Part shown: positions 25,801 through 35,960 of the stretch, in pieces
How positions within the stretch are numbered: position 1 is the stretch's first letter
Layout of the letters: each line of letters starts with the position of its first letter
Origin: Octopus vulgaris
Taxonomy: Eukaryota
Assembly (NCBI GenBank): GCA_951406725.2
Contig: OX597815.1
Location: forward strand, 182,776,001-182,840,000
DNA: 64,000 nucleotides
Reading direction: 5' to 3'
Position numbers and translations under genes: made by a program
Notes under the pieces: model-generated
The model's input: only the letters and a program-made list of their open reading frames with translations
What the model was told of the DNA's origin: nothing
The model's database searches: none

Positions 25801-26268
25801 CTTCCTATTGGTTGAGCCAACATTGTCGATGTGCGCTTCAAGGACAGTGTTAAAGTCCCCTACTAGGATTACTGTTTTCGACGTCGCTAGAAAGGGCTCC
25901 AGGTTCCGAAAAAAATCCATCTGTCTACCCTCGTTCGGGGCGTAGACAGCTCCCAACCTGAAGGACTGTTTACTTACGTGAGTCACATCCAGGACGACCA
26001 GCCTGCCTTCTGGGTCCAGAAAGACAGTACTTACCTGCAAGTCCAAGCTCTTCCTGATGAAGACTGCCACGCCTCTGCCTCTTCCTCGGCTAGGAGAAAT
26101 AAATTTCTCGAAACCATTTAGAAGAGGCGAGAACGCTTGGTTCTCGCTCATCTTGGACTCGGTTGCAATAGCAATATCTATACCGTGTGTCGTGAGGTCG
26201 TTCAGGAAACAAATTTGTTTCCGTTTCGACCCCATTCCACGTACATTTATACAACCCAGCTTAGCCAT
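22880..26268 (-). CDS. LINE ORF2: APE endonuclease + reverse transcriptase + C-terminal CCHC (zf-RVT), about 1130 aa, one frameshift near 23620-23640
   Basis: INVRG, VYAPN, GDFN, YLDRIF, SDHK (APE); KSPGLDG, YRPITLLN, DQSKAFDRVDH, RQGCPLSP, YADD (RT); LPVREKL...CPRC...ETVQHAFVHC in the 23659-22880 frame. Confidence 0.95.
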
Positions 26269-26296
26269 TGTGGGCGAGAGAGAAAAATGAATGTAC

Positions 26297-27721
26297 TCAC
26301 GGTTGCGAAAGGGAGCATGACAGTTTCAATCTGTCTGCTTCCCTTTCTTCCGTTGCTGCAGGGCTCTTGACCGGCGTTGCCACTGGGCTCTGGGTGGGTG
26401 TGGTTGCCGGAGTTATTGCCAGTTTGCCCTCCATTACCTCCTTGGTCACATCTCTTAATAGACGGTTCCTCAGGTGTTCCTGAAGAACCTCCTCCTTCCA
26501 CTCGTTCTCCCCTACCTTCGCGAAGCGAGCGGTTGCTTTCCCATCTGAGGTTCTACTATACAGTGTAAATCTCGAAAGTTTGCAGCATTTGTAAACTTTC
26601 TCATTTTTCTCATCGAAAGCTATTATTCTTTCGTTTTTCAGTATGCACTTTTTTATGTCTTGTTTTATGGGGAGGGGCTTGGCAAACTGTTTTCCAATGA
26701 AAACAGTGCCATGGGGGTAGGGTTGGGGGATTTGCTTGATGTGTGTGTCTGCTGTATTTGTTGTTTTTTTCCTTGTTTGGGGAGGGGAGTCCTGGGTATT
26801 CTCTTTTTTTCTTTTGTGAGTGACTTGTGTGTAGTCCATTTGTTCTATTTGATCTGTTTTTGTTTCCGTACTTGTCTTCGTCATTTTGTTGTTTTTGTTT
26901 GTTTCCTCCCCTTCAGTGACAGGTGCACTTGGAGGAGGCGTTTCTTCTGTTCTTTTTTTCTTAATACAGTTGGATCGGACGTGACCCTTCTCTCCACACT
27001 TAAAGCATCTGGGTCTACGTCCCTCTACCGAAACTCTCATGGACGTACCGTCCTCATTAAAGATTCTGTCAGGCAAGCTCTCCAAGATCTTGTTCTCTGC
27101 CTGTACGAGGAGTTCCAAAGTCTGACCCTTCCACCGTACTACCTCCTTCCTTCTCATTTGCAGTATTGATATTTCACGTTCCATGTTGTGCAGGACCGCC
27201 GCTGCCACCCACATGATATCGTACCCTCTGGGTATGTCTTCTACCACTAACTTTGCAGTTCGCTTCCCCATATACGAGGGTAGCAACATGATGTCGTCGC
27301 TTTTTAGGGTTAACGACGACACCTCTTTCGCCACCTCTGCCGTGTCAAAGTGCGCCTCGACCGTAGCACTGCGTGCACCTCTCGCGATGTGACGAATTCT
27401 GTCCCACACCGGGGACAGGCACTTCTCGACAATTTCATTTTTCACATCCATAATCTTTTTTTCTTTAAAGCTGTACACTTTATAAATCACAATTCTTTCC
27501 TTGATTTCTTGTACTTTCGCTTGCGGCGGTACAAGCCTTATCTCACCTCCTTCTACCTTTACAAGATTCCTGTATTCGTATAGCTGTTCGATCTTAAATT
27601 CGACCTCTATCATAGCGCCGCCCACCGCGGCCGAGAATGACTGTTTGGGTACTTGATTTTCCGTGGTTTCACTTTTTCCCATCACGGGAAAATCGTCCTT
27701 CGACGTCAAGTCGAACTCCAT
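26297..27721 (-). CDS. LINE ORF1 gag-like nucleic-acid-binding protein (474 aa from the first ATG)
   Basis: Intact ORF upstream of ORF2 with the zinc knuckle CFKCGEKGHVRSNC and an N-terminal SFSAAV motif. Confidence 0.92.
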   Translation of the reverse strand: MEFDLTSKDDFPVMGKSETTENQVPKQSFSAAVGGAMIEVEFKIEQLYEYRNLVKVEGGEIRLVPPQAKVQEIKERIVIYKVYSFKEKKIMDVKNEIVEKCLSPVWDRIRHIARGARSATVEAHFDTAEVAKEVSSLTLKSDDIMLLPSYMGKRTAKLVVEDIPRGYDIMWVAAAVLHNMEREISILQMRRKEVVRWKGQTLELLVQAENKILESLPDRIFNEDGTSMRVSVEGRRPRCFKCGEKGHVRSNCIKKKRTEETPPPSAPVTEGEETNKNNKMTKTSTETKTDQIEQMDYTQVTHKRKKENTQDSPPQTRKKTTNTADTHIKQIPQPYPHGTVFIGKQFAKPLPIKQDIKKCILKNERIIAFDEKNEKVYKCCKLSRFTLYSRTSDGKATARFAKVGENEWKEEVLQEHLRNRLLRDVTKEVMEGKLAITPATTPTQSPVATPVKSPAATEEREADRLKLSCSLSQP

Positions 27722-27934
27722 CACCTCGAAGGTAACAAAAATTCAAGTAATACAAAATTTTCTGCCCCGTAGGGCGAAAATTACCGTTTTGCAACGGGCA
27801 CTGTCCAAAGCAGTTAGCACAAACAATAATATCACAACTTCGACTCTCTTAAATGGAGGCAGCAATTTTCTCACAACGCAAACGGAAAAGGAAAGCAATA
27901 ATGAGAAAGGTTACGAAACAACACTGAGGAAGAC

Positions 27935-27949
27935 CCCGACAAAGGAAGA
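27935..27949. repeat. Target-site duplication, 5' side of the LINE
   Basis: CCCGACAAAGGAAGA, exact copy at 22630-22644. Confidence 0.92.
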
Positions 27950-27998
27950 GTCCACTTGATAAATGTCAAAGAAATTAACATGTACACCTGCAATGTAG

Positions 27999-28047
27999 AG
28001 TGATACAACGCTCCAACTAACAGGTTCGAATCCAGCAAAATCACAAC
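27999..28047 (+). repeat. Right arm of the 49-bp imperfect inverted repeat; contains the Pol III B-box consensus GGTTCGAATCC
   Basis: AGTGATACAACGCTCCAACTAACAGGTTCGAATCCAGCAAAATCACAAC, 43/49 to the reverse complement of 20863-20911. Confidence 0.9.
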
Positions 28048-28775
28048 GCTTATACACAACCGTTTCTCTCACATATTCTATTCATTAGATCTTGTGTTGA
28101 CACACAACTATATATTTACAGGTGGAGTCAAGCGAAGTGGAATCCTGTTCCATATGTGTTTCTATTATGGACAACTGTGGATTCGTGGTTCAGCAGATAT
28201 AGGTCAGTGAAAGTAAGTGCTGAGCCCCCGTTTATAATTTTGCAGCAATATGCTATATACTAGAAAGAGGCAAACTAAGACGCATGACAGTCATACATTC
28301 ATGAGTTTTATTATGATGCAGAGTAAGCGAAATGGATAAAGCGATCCATATAGCCTTTTAGTTAGCTATCTCTTGCTCGTGTGCTAAAGTTAAAATATAG
28401 AAGATACTAAAGCGAACCTAACCTCAAATATTTATAAGGAAACACAATGGAGGCGAAGTAACAAGCGATGATTAAACCGCATAACAAAAGAAAATTCTGC
28501 GCGGTAGTTTACTGAGTGTTCCATTGAGAATTGCTTTGCAGAATGTAATCATTATAGATATGATACTGAAAGCAAACACTTGACATATTTGTTCCAGATT
28601 ATTCAGAGTGACCATGTAATAATAATAAATAGTAATGATAACGCAATTACTAGCAAATCTGCTTTAGTTCTTCGCCGCCTTCCTAACAGCTTTTCATTTA
28701 CACTAAATTGATTCAGCCACATAAATAAGCGTTTGTAAGGATGAGGGTGTGTGAGTATGCTTGAATATGAATCTA

Positions 28776-29077
28776 TGTACATACATATATATGCATATAT
28801 ATATATATATATGTATAAGATATATATATATACACATACATACATATATATGTATAATATATATATATACACACGTACATACATATATATGTATATATAT
28901 ATATATACACATACATACATATATATGTATAATATATATATATACACACATACATACATATATATGTATAACATATATATATACACACGTACATACATAT
29001 ATATGTATATATATATATACATACATACATATATATGTATATATATATATATACACATACATACATATATATGTATA

Positions 29078-29109
<32 letters not shown>

Positions 29110-29586
29110 ACATATATGTATAATATATATACACACATACATACATATATATATACACATACATATATATATACACATATATATATATACACACATACAT
29201 ACATATATATATGCACATATACATATATATATATACATATATATATACTTACGTATATATATATATATATATACATACGTATATATATATATATATACAC
29301 ATACGTATATATATATATACATACACATACGTATATATATATATACACATACGTATATATATATATACACATACGTATATATATATATACACATACGTAT
29401 ATATATATATAACACACATATATATATATATATACACATACGTATATATATATACACATACGTATATATATATATACACATATATACATATATATATACA
29501 CACACATATATATATACACACATATATATATATACACATATATATATAATACATATATATATAGATACACATATATATATATACAC

Positions 29587-29617
<31 letters not shown>

Positions 29618-29664
29618 CACATATATATATATAACATATATATATATATACATATATATATATA

Positions 29665-29699
<35 letters not shown>

Positions 29700-29992
29700 C
29701 ATATATATATACACATATATATACACACATATATATATATATATACACACATATATATATATACATATATATATATACATATATATATATATACCTATAT
29801 ATATATATACACATATATATATATACACATATATATATATACACATATATATATACACATATATATATACACATACATACATACACATATATATATATAC
29901 ACATACATACATATATATATATACACACATACATACATATATATATATACACACATACATATATATATATACACACATACATATATATATAT

Positions 29993-30050
<58 letters not shown>

Positions 30051-30081
30051 ATGCATATATATATACATACATGTATGTATA
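28776..30081. repeat. 1.3-kb compound (TA)/(CA)/(TACA) microsatellite
   Basis: Read directly. Source of the long spurious YI/CV ORFs. Confidence 0.97.
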
Positions 30082-30429
30082 GGCATACGTAAGTGTCTTT
30101 CTCTCTCTTTGTACTGACGTAGTCGTCAATTACTAATACTTATGCTGTGCTTTGATAGCTTTCTGTGGAGGAAATATAGACAGAATCTGTTGTTTAGTAG
30201 TAATTGATGTTTCAACAATTGGAGTTACAATTAACATAGTGAAGAATACATTGAAGTAGTTGAGAAAATTATATCTTGCCGAGCGAATATTTTCGCATTT
30301 GTTAAATCTGAATATATTTGTATCCTGTTCTGATTCATAATATATTTGGCGTACAATTATGTAATATTGGCGTGAAACGTGTACAAATGAAATTTCTGAA
30401 AGTTAAAAACACACAGTTTGTTTTTATGA

Positions 30430-31610
30430 ACGGTTTTCGAAAATTGGAGGAAAAAATATTTGGCTAGGTAAATACCGCAGGATGATAGTAAGGAATCACC
30501 AGATCAGATATTAAAAATAAAAAATGGAACTGAATCTACAAAGAGGGGTCACAGTGATTTGAACGCACTGATATGAATGCGCGATAATAGATTCATATAT
30601 ATGGGCCAACCTATAATATCGCTAAAATCAGACGTAGCATAAATGTCGGATATACTTGTGAACGGATAGTTCAACCAAATAGTAAGAGTAAAGGTACCAG
30701 CATACATATATGCAGAGGATATGAAGGCGATAGTAATTGAGGAGGAAAGTTATAAGAGACTACAAGAAATGTGTGGAGATAATATTGACCCATCAGGAAT
30801 AAGGGTGGAATTCAAAGAATTGCCACCAGTAGTGGATTTAGTAGAAATCGAACCACTAATGAAATATTACTAAAAAAATAATAAATAAATATGTCAAATC
30901 GACAGGAAAAAGGAGAAGAAAAAAGAAAAAGGAGGAAAAAAAAGGAAAAAGAGTTGTTTTCTGTTATGTTAAATAATATCGGAAAATAGAAGAGCAATTT
31001 TAGAGATTCAAATTATGGTAATGGTAGAAGATAATTAATTTTTATGCAAATCTTTATATATAAAAGTCAAGTTGTGTGTCTGTCTCCTACTCCCACATTT
31101 TGCGGTGCAGTTTAACCAAATTCGGGTATCTTATAGTCGTGATTCATATCTAGCCCTTCTGGGTATTAGCGCGCGTCTACGATGAGTCTATGATTAAAAA
31201 AAAATTTACCATCATTTTTTTTCAATTTTAATGCATTTTCTTCGCTATTATATAAGGGAAGTAACTCTCGAAAAATGTCTACGATGAGTCAACGATTTTT
31301 TAAAAATTTACCATAATTTTTTTTCCATTTTTAATGCATTTTTTTGCTATTTTTTGGTTATAACTCTCTGAAAATGCTTATATAGTTATTTTCCTTACAA
31401 ACCCGAGCAACGCCGGGCGATACTGCTAGTACATGATAAAAACGGACAGTTTAAAAAGATTAATGGTAATGCGTGTGATGAGGGGCGAATGCAGCCATTC
31501 AGAACCCCATTATTGTATAATCATCTCATTATATTTGTTCTATGTATTATCCCCTCTGTGGTGTCCTGTCTGTCTCCCTCTATGTTTGGGCCCTTGTGGC
31601 TAATAAAGAA
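30430..31610 (+). mobile_element. Degenerate non-LTR element 3' portion with a Tx1-type tail, interrupted by a Helitron
   Basis: Purine-rich decayed frame (...FNQIVRVKVPAYIYAEDMKAIVIEEESYKRLQEMCGDNIDPSGIRVEFKELPPVVDLVEIEPLMKYY*) and tail ...CCCTCTATGTTTGGGCCCTTGTGGCTAATAAAGAA. 5' boundary uncertain. Confidence 0.5.
31051..31429 (+). mobile_element. Non-autonomous Helitron
   Basis: A|TCTTTATATATAAAAG...CCCGAGCAACGCCGGGCGATACTGCTAG|T, with an internal tandem duplication of about 100 bp (units start near 31177 and 31278). Confidence 0.85.
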
Positions 31611-32921
31611 ACCGAGTAGAGAGAAGCAAGAATGTAAAGTATATAATTTCTCGGGGATGAATTCCTTGAAAATATGTATGACTGACTAGAAACCCTAAGG
31701 GCAGCCACTTTAGATATTTGAAGTCTAATAATGTCAACACATACAGAGTATCCATGAAGGCCCTTTAGATCGAAAGTCGGAAAAGAAATATCAAAGTAAA
31801 TTGCAGTTGTCTGCAGCCAGAAGTAAGACTGCAAGTGTGACTTGTAGAGTTGAATTTAATTGCACAATCGGCTATGGTTACATTGCGCAGGAAATGATTC
31901 ATAAGACACACCGGAGATCAATCTACGAGATATTTTACATTCATTTTTCGTTAACCTCAGCAAAATAGATGAAATATATTACACTGTTATAGGAAATAAA
32001 CAGCTGCGCTGCTGGAGATAACAAAAGTTATTATACATAACAAAGACTACCGATTTAGATTTCTTCAGGTGCAAACGAAATACACATATAATAGAAAAAG
32101 GAAATTGGCTGAATAACATTCAATTTTTCTCTTCCACGGCAGTTCCAATACAAATTCGTATTTACTATATATATATATATATATATATTTACTATATATA
32201 TATATATATTTACTATATATATATATATTTACTATATATATATATTTCATATTAAGTTTGTTTTCAACTTCAGATACTCAGAACGCTTTCATTGTGATGA
32301 TATTTCTTTGCGGGGCTTTTGGCTTTCGGTAGTAAACAGTTATCCGCCCATTTCTGTGCATATATCTAATATCGGAGAAGAAAATCTATATTTCTGTTAA
32401 CATTTGTTGACTATTAATAAAACACACACAGCCGCTACCAGATAATGATATGAAGTGTCTAGTTTACGAGCAGAGAGTATTAACTATGGACACGATTTCT
32501 TATCAAGTATGCTAAGCAGCTCAATTAAACTTCTACAGTATCAATTCTAGATGTGATTGTCCACAACCTGTGATCACTGTACACACACACTGGGATTTAT
32601 AAGCATTTAATGCATCGCTACGCGCGTTTCCACAAGTCACATGTCTCTTAACATCACAGTCCGTTTTCCTGGGAAGATTATAGTGAAGTCCATAGTATCC
32701 ATGCGCATCGGTTAGATCAACTCCTTGGATTCATTTCTCCAGACGACATAAAATTAGTGGATGTTTGACAGAGGATTGTTTTCTCCCTTTTGACTAGTGA
32801 GAAGGTTGATTGAGTTACATGAGTATTTCTGTGTGTATTTGGTGGATAGGAAGGGAATGGAAATAGAGGAAGGAGTGGTAGTTTACGGGGGACGGAGATG
32901 TGTGTGGTGATGTTAGACTTA

Positions 32922-33342
32922 ATTAAAAGGGGGCGAGTTGGCAAAATCGTTAGCACGCCGGACGAAATGCTTAGCGGTATTTCGTCTGCCGCTACGTTCT
33001 GAGTTCAAATTCCGCCGAGGTCGACTTTGCCTTTCATCCTTTCGGGATAGATTAAATAGGTACCAGTTACGCACTGGGGTCGATATAATCGACTTAATCC
33101 GTTTGTTTGTCCTTGCTTGTCCTCTCTGTGTTTAGCCCCTTGTGGGTAGTAAAGAAATAGGTATTTCGTCAGCCGCTACGTTCTGAGTTCAAATTCCGCC
33201 GAGGTCTACTTTGCCTTTCATCCTTTCGGGGTCGATAAATTAAGTACCAGTTACGCACTGGGGTCGATGTAATCGACTTAATCCGTTTGTCTGTCCTTGT
33301 TTATCCTCTCTGTGTTTAGCTCCTTGTGGGTAGTAAAGAAAT
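32922..33342 (+). mobile_element. SINE family D, dimeric (head + two body/tail units)
   Basis: The second unit starts at about 33160. The 14-bp TSD TGATGTTAGACTTA (32908-32921 and 33343-33356) flanks the whole dimer. Confidence 0.92.
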
Positions 33343-33829
33343 TGATGTTAGACTTACTTTGATATTCAGTCTGCAGAACTCAGGGGCGGGTAGTACATTC
33401 CTTCGTTCGATTTCATTTAAGGCACGATTATCTTCAATGAATTCTGAAGTAAACACGTCATGTGGTACATCCACTACAATCCTCGTCTGAATTGATAAAT
33501 GATACTTTCTTAGTGTAACCATTTTAATTGTTTCTGTTGGTATAGTCACTATAGTGCATAGGTTCTCAAAGTGCGCGCTACCGGCCCCCAGTGGGCATTG
33601 AGACGGTCCAGATGGGTGCTGGTGCCTAATGGGGTGGTGGGGGTTGTGGCGGTAGAGAAAAAGGAAGCGTTGGGAAGAATGCAGTGGATTAGGGAGACGC
33701 TATGAATTTATTGTAATATTATTATAGTATTGTATACAATTATATATTATATTAAATATCAAATGATTCATAGTAAATATAAATTAGTAAAATATAAAAT
33801 ATTTATTTATACATAAAAATAGAGGTGAG

Positions 33830-34078
33830 GCGCTAAGGGTATTCTGTGGTTATGTGAGTGTAATGTGTGTGTTTCTGTTTTTGTCCCCCACCACAGCTTC
33901 ACAACTAGTCTTGATGTGCCTTCGTCCCCGTAACTTAGCGGTTCGGCAAAACAAAAAATCTAGAACAAGTACCGGGCATAAGAAAAGTTCTAGAGTCGAT
34001 CCATTCGATTAAGCATTCTTCAAGGCAGTACCCCAGCATGACCGCAGTCTACTGATTGAAACAAGTAAAAGATAAAAA
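33830..34078 (+). mobile_element. SINE family C, partial and diverged
   Basis: CCCCGTAACTTAGCGGTTCGGCAAAA and ...GAAACAAGTAAAAGATAAAA are shared with 45229-45635. Confidence 0.8.
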
Positions 34079-34847
34079 AAACAGGTTTTGTTTTATTCCA
34101 GCATCTACATTATTTAGCTTAATGCTGCTTCATATAATTGCTATGGTTACGTTTGCTTTTCATGCTTATATCATTCATTCTCAATGACTTACGGTCATTA
34201 TTTTCATTGTATTTTTTTTTACATAGAGATGTTATTTTAATATTTTTACAAAAATTGTATAAAACAGTATTTTATATTCGATATTCAGAAAATTTTGCAT
34301 TTGAATGTGAAATTTGTCAGAGATTTTTATGCTTAAAATAAATGCTTAGGGGATGAAAACGGAAGTTATGTATTTCTTTTATGATAAGAGTAAGGCCATT
34401 GTTCTTTACCTCTAGATTTGAAAGAGCGCAAAAAAATGGAAATTGTTGAAGTACCACTTGATGCCAGGAGTTCTATCATGTACTTCTTTCTATTCAATAT
34501 ATATACAAGTGTTTTTGTATGTGTATACATGCGTTGTGCGCATGTGCGAGAGCTTTTTTTTTTTTTTGTCTTCTTAGATACTTATACTCTACATGAATTC
34601 CGATCGAAACTGTTGCAATCATTCGACAACTCTTTTGCCGTTATGGAATGCTTCAACATTATTATATTTTCTCTTTTTTTTGTTGTTGTTACATGAATGA
34701 AAATGCAATGATATGACTCAAAACTCATTGAAACTTGCAAAAAAATATTCAGATATTAAATTTCGGGCTTATATTACTGTATCGTACACATCTTATAGGG
34801 TTAACTATAAGGCTCAATTTGATTTATATTTATTTCTGTCTACTCAA

Positions 34848-34983
34848 GTGGTGGTGGTGGTGGTGATAATAGTCGTAGCAGTAGTAGTAGTAGTAGTAGT
34901 AGTAGCAGCAGCAGCAGCAGTAGCAATAGCAGTAGTACTAGTGTTATTGCTGTAGCTTTTGTTAGTAGTGGTGGTGTTACTGT
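34848..34983. repeat. Compound (GTG)/(GTA)/(GCA) trinucleotide repeat
   Basis: Read directly from the sequence. Confidence 0.9.
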
Positions 34984-35586
34984 AATGAATTTTTCTACCT
35001 TAAAATTTTCAAAAAGCAGAAACAAATATGGTCCAGAGAGAAATAACAAAATAGAGAATTACATTTGATCGTCAGTATCTTGAATGTATTGTAATGTCTA
35101 GGCGTGTGTCGCTGTTGAGTCACTCCAAATTATTTATGATGGTACAACTTTCTGGCCAAAATACTTCCAAAAGTATAAATGCCAGCTACATTATACTTGG
35201 CGATGTAAAACTTCGCTTTTTAAGATGTAGTAACACAATTTTGAGGTATATTTCTGTACATAATTTTCTATGCTCATAATTTTCCGTAGAACATTCTTAG
35301 TAACTATATGGGTCTGGAGAATGCTCTGTCTCGGAAGAAGAAAATCTAATGCTGCTGTATAGTGTATGTGGAGAACTATCAATGATTAATAAGTCTAGTT
35401 GTGGAGAGGAAAGTAGATTTTTATGTATAATTTCCATATATTGAGGGGCTTCTGTGCTAAATGCTTTTGATAAAAATTAAATCTCTTATACTAGGAAATA
35501 TACTTGGTGGTTCTATATATATAAAATATCCTCTTGACCAAGTATTGAGTCAAACCGAGGAAGAATATGTATGTATGCATATAATA

Positions 35587-35960
35587 GGCGTAGGAGTGGT
35601 TGTGTGGTAAATACCTTGCTTACCAACCACATGGTTCCGGGTTCAGTCCCACTGCGTGGCACCTTGAGCAAGTGTCTTTTAGTATAGCCTCGGGCCGACC
35701 AAAGCCTTGTGAGTGGATTTGGTATATGGAAACTGAAAGAAGCCCGTCGTATATATATGTGTGTGTGTGTGTTTGTGTGTCTGTGTTTGTCCTCCTAACA
35801 TCGCTTGACAACCGATGGTGGTGTGTTTAAGTCCCCATAACTTAGCGGTTCGGCAAAAAAGACCGATAGGCATACAAAGACTGAGTCCTGAGATCGATTT
35901 GCTCGACTAAAGGCGGTGCTCCAGCATGGCTACAGTTCAATGACTGAAACAAGTAAAAAA
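35587..35960 (+). mobile_element. SINE family C, full length
   Basis: tRNA-like head GGCGTAGGAGTGGTTGTGTGGTAA...GGGTTCAGTCCC, internal microsatellite, tail TGACTGAAACAAGTAAAA. Confidence 0.9.

Larger units (their letters stand above)
22645..27934 (-). mobile_element. Full-length Tx1/L1-type LINE (5290 bp)
   Basis: 5' UTR, ORF1 (CCHC), 28-nt spacer, ORF2 (APE-RT-zinc finger), 3' UTR ending AATAAAGAAATA, exact 15-bp TSD. Confidence 0.95.

Noticed and set aside
23000-26200. GC-rich island as possible contamination or horizontally transferred gene
   Set aside because: Fully explained by LINE ORF2, which has a TSD and a diverged relative at 18095-18680.
21065-27959. Plus-strand ORFs overlapping the retroelements
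   Set aside because: Antisense shadows of purine-rich minus-strand coding sequence with no motifs of their own.
28603-30129. Long ORFs of 300-508 aa rich in Y/I/C/V/H/T (also near 43206-43860, 46121-46696, 51052-51603, 63683-63968)
   Set aside because: Translations of stop-free microsatellites, not genes.
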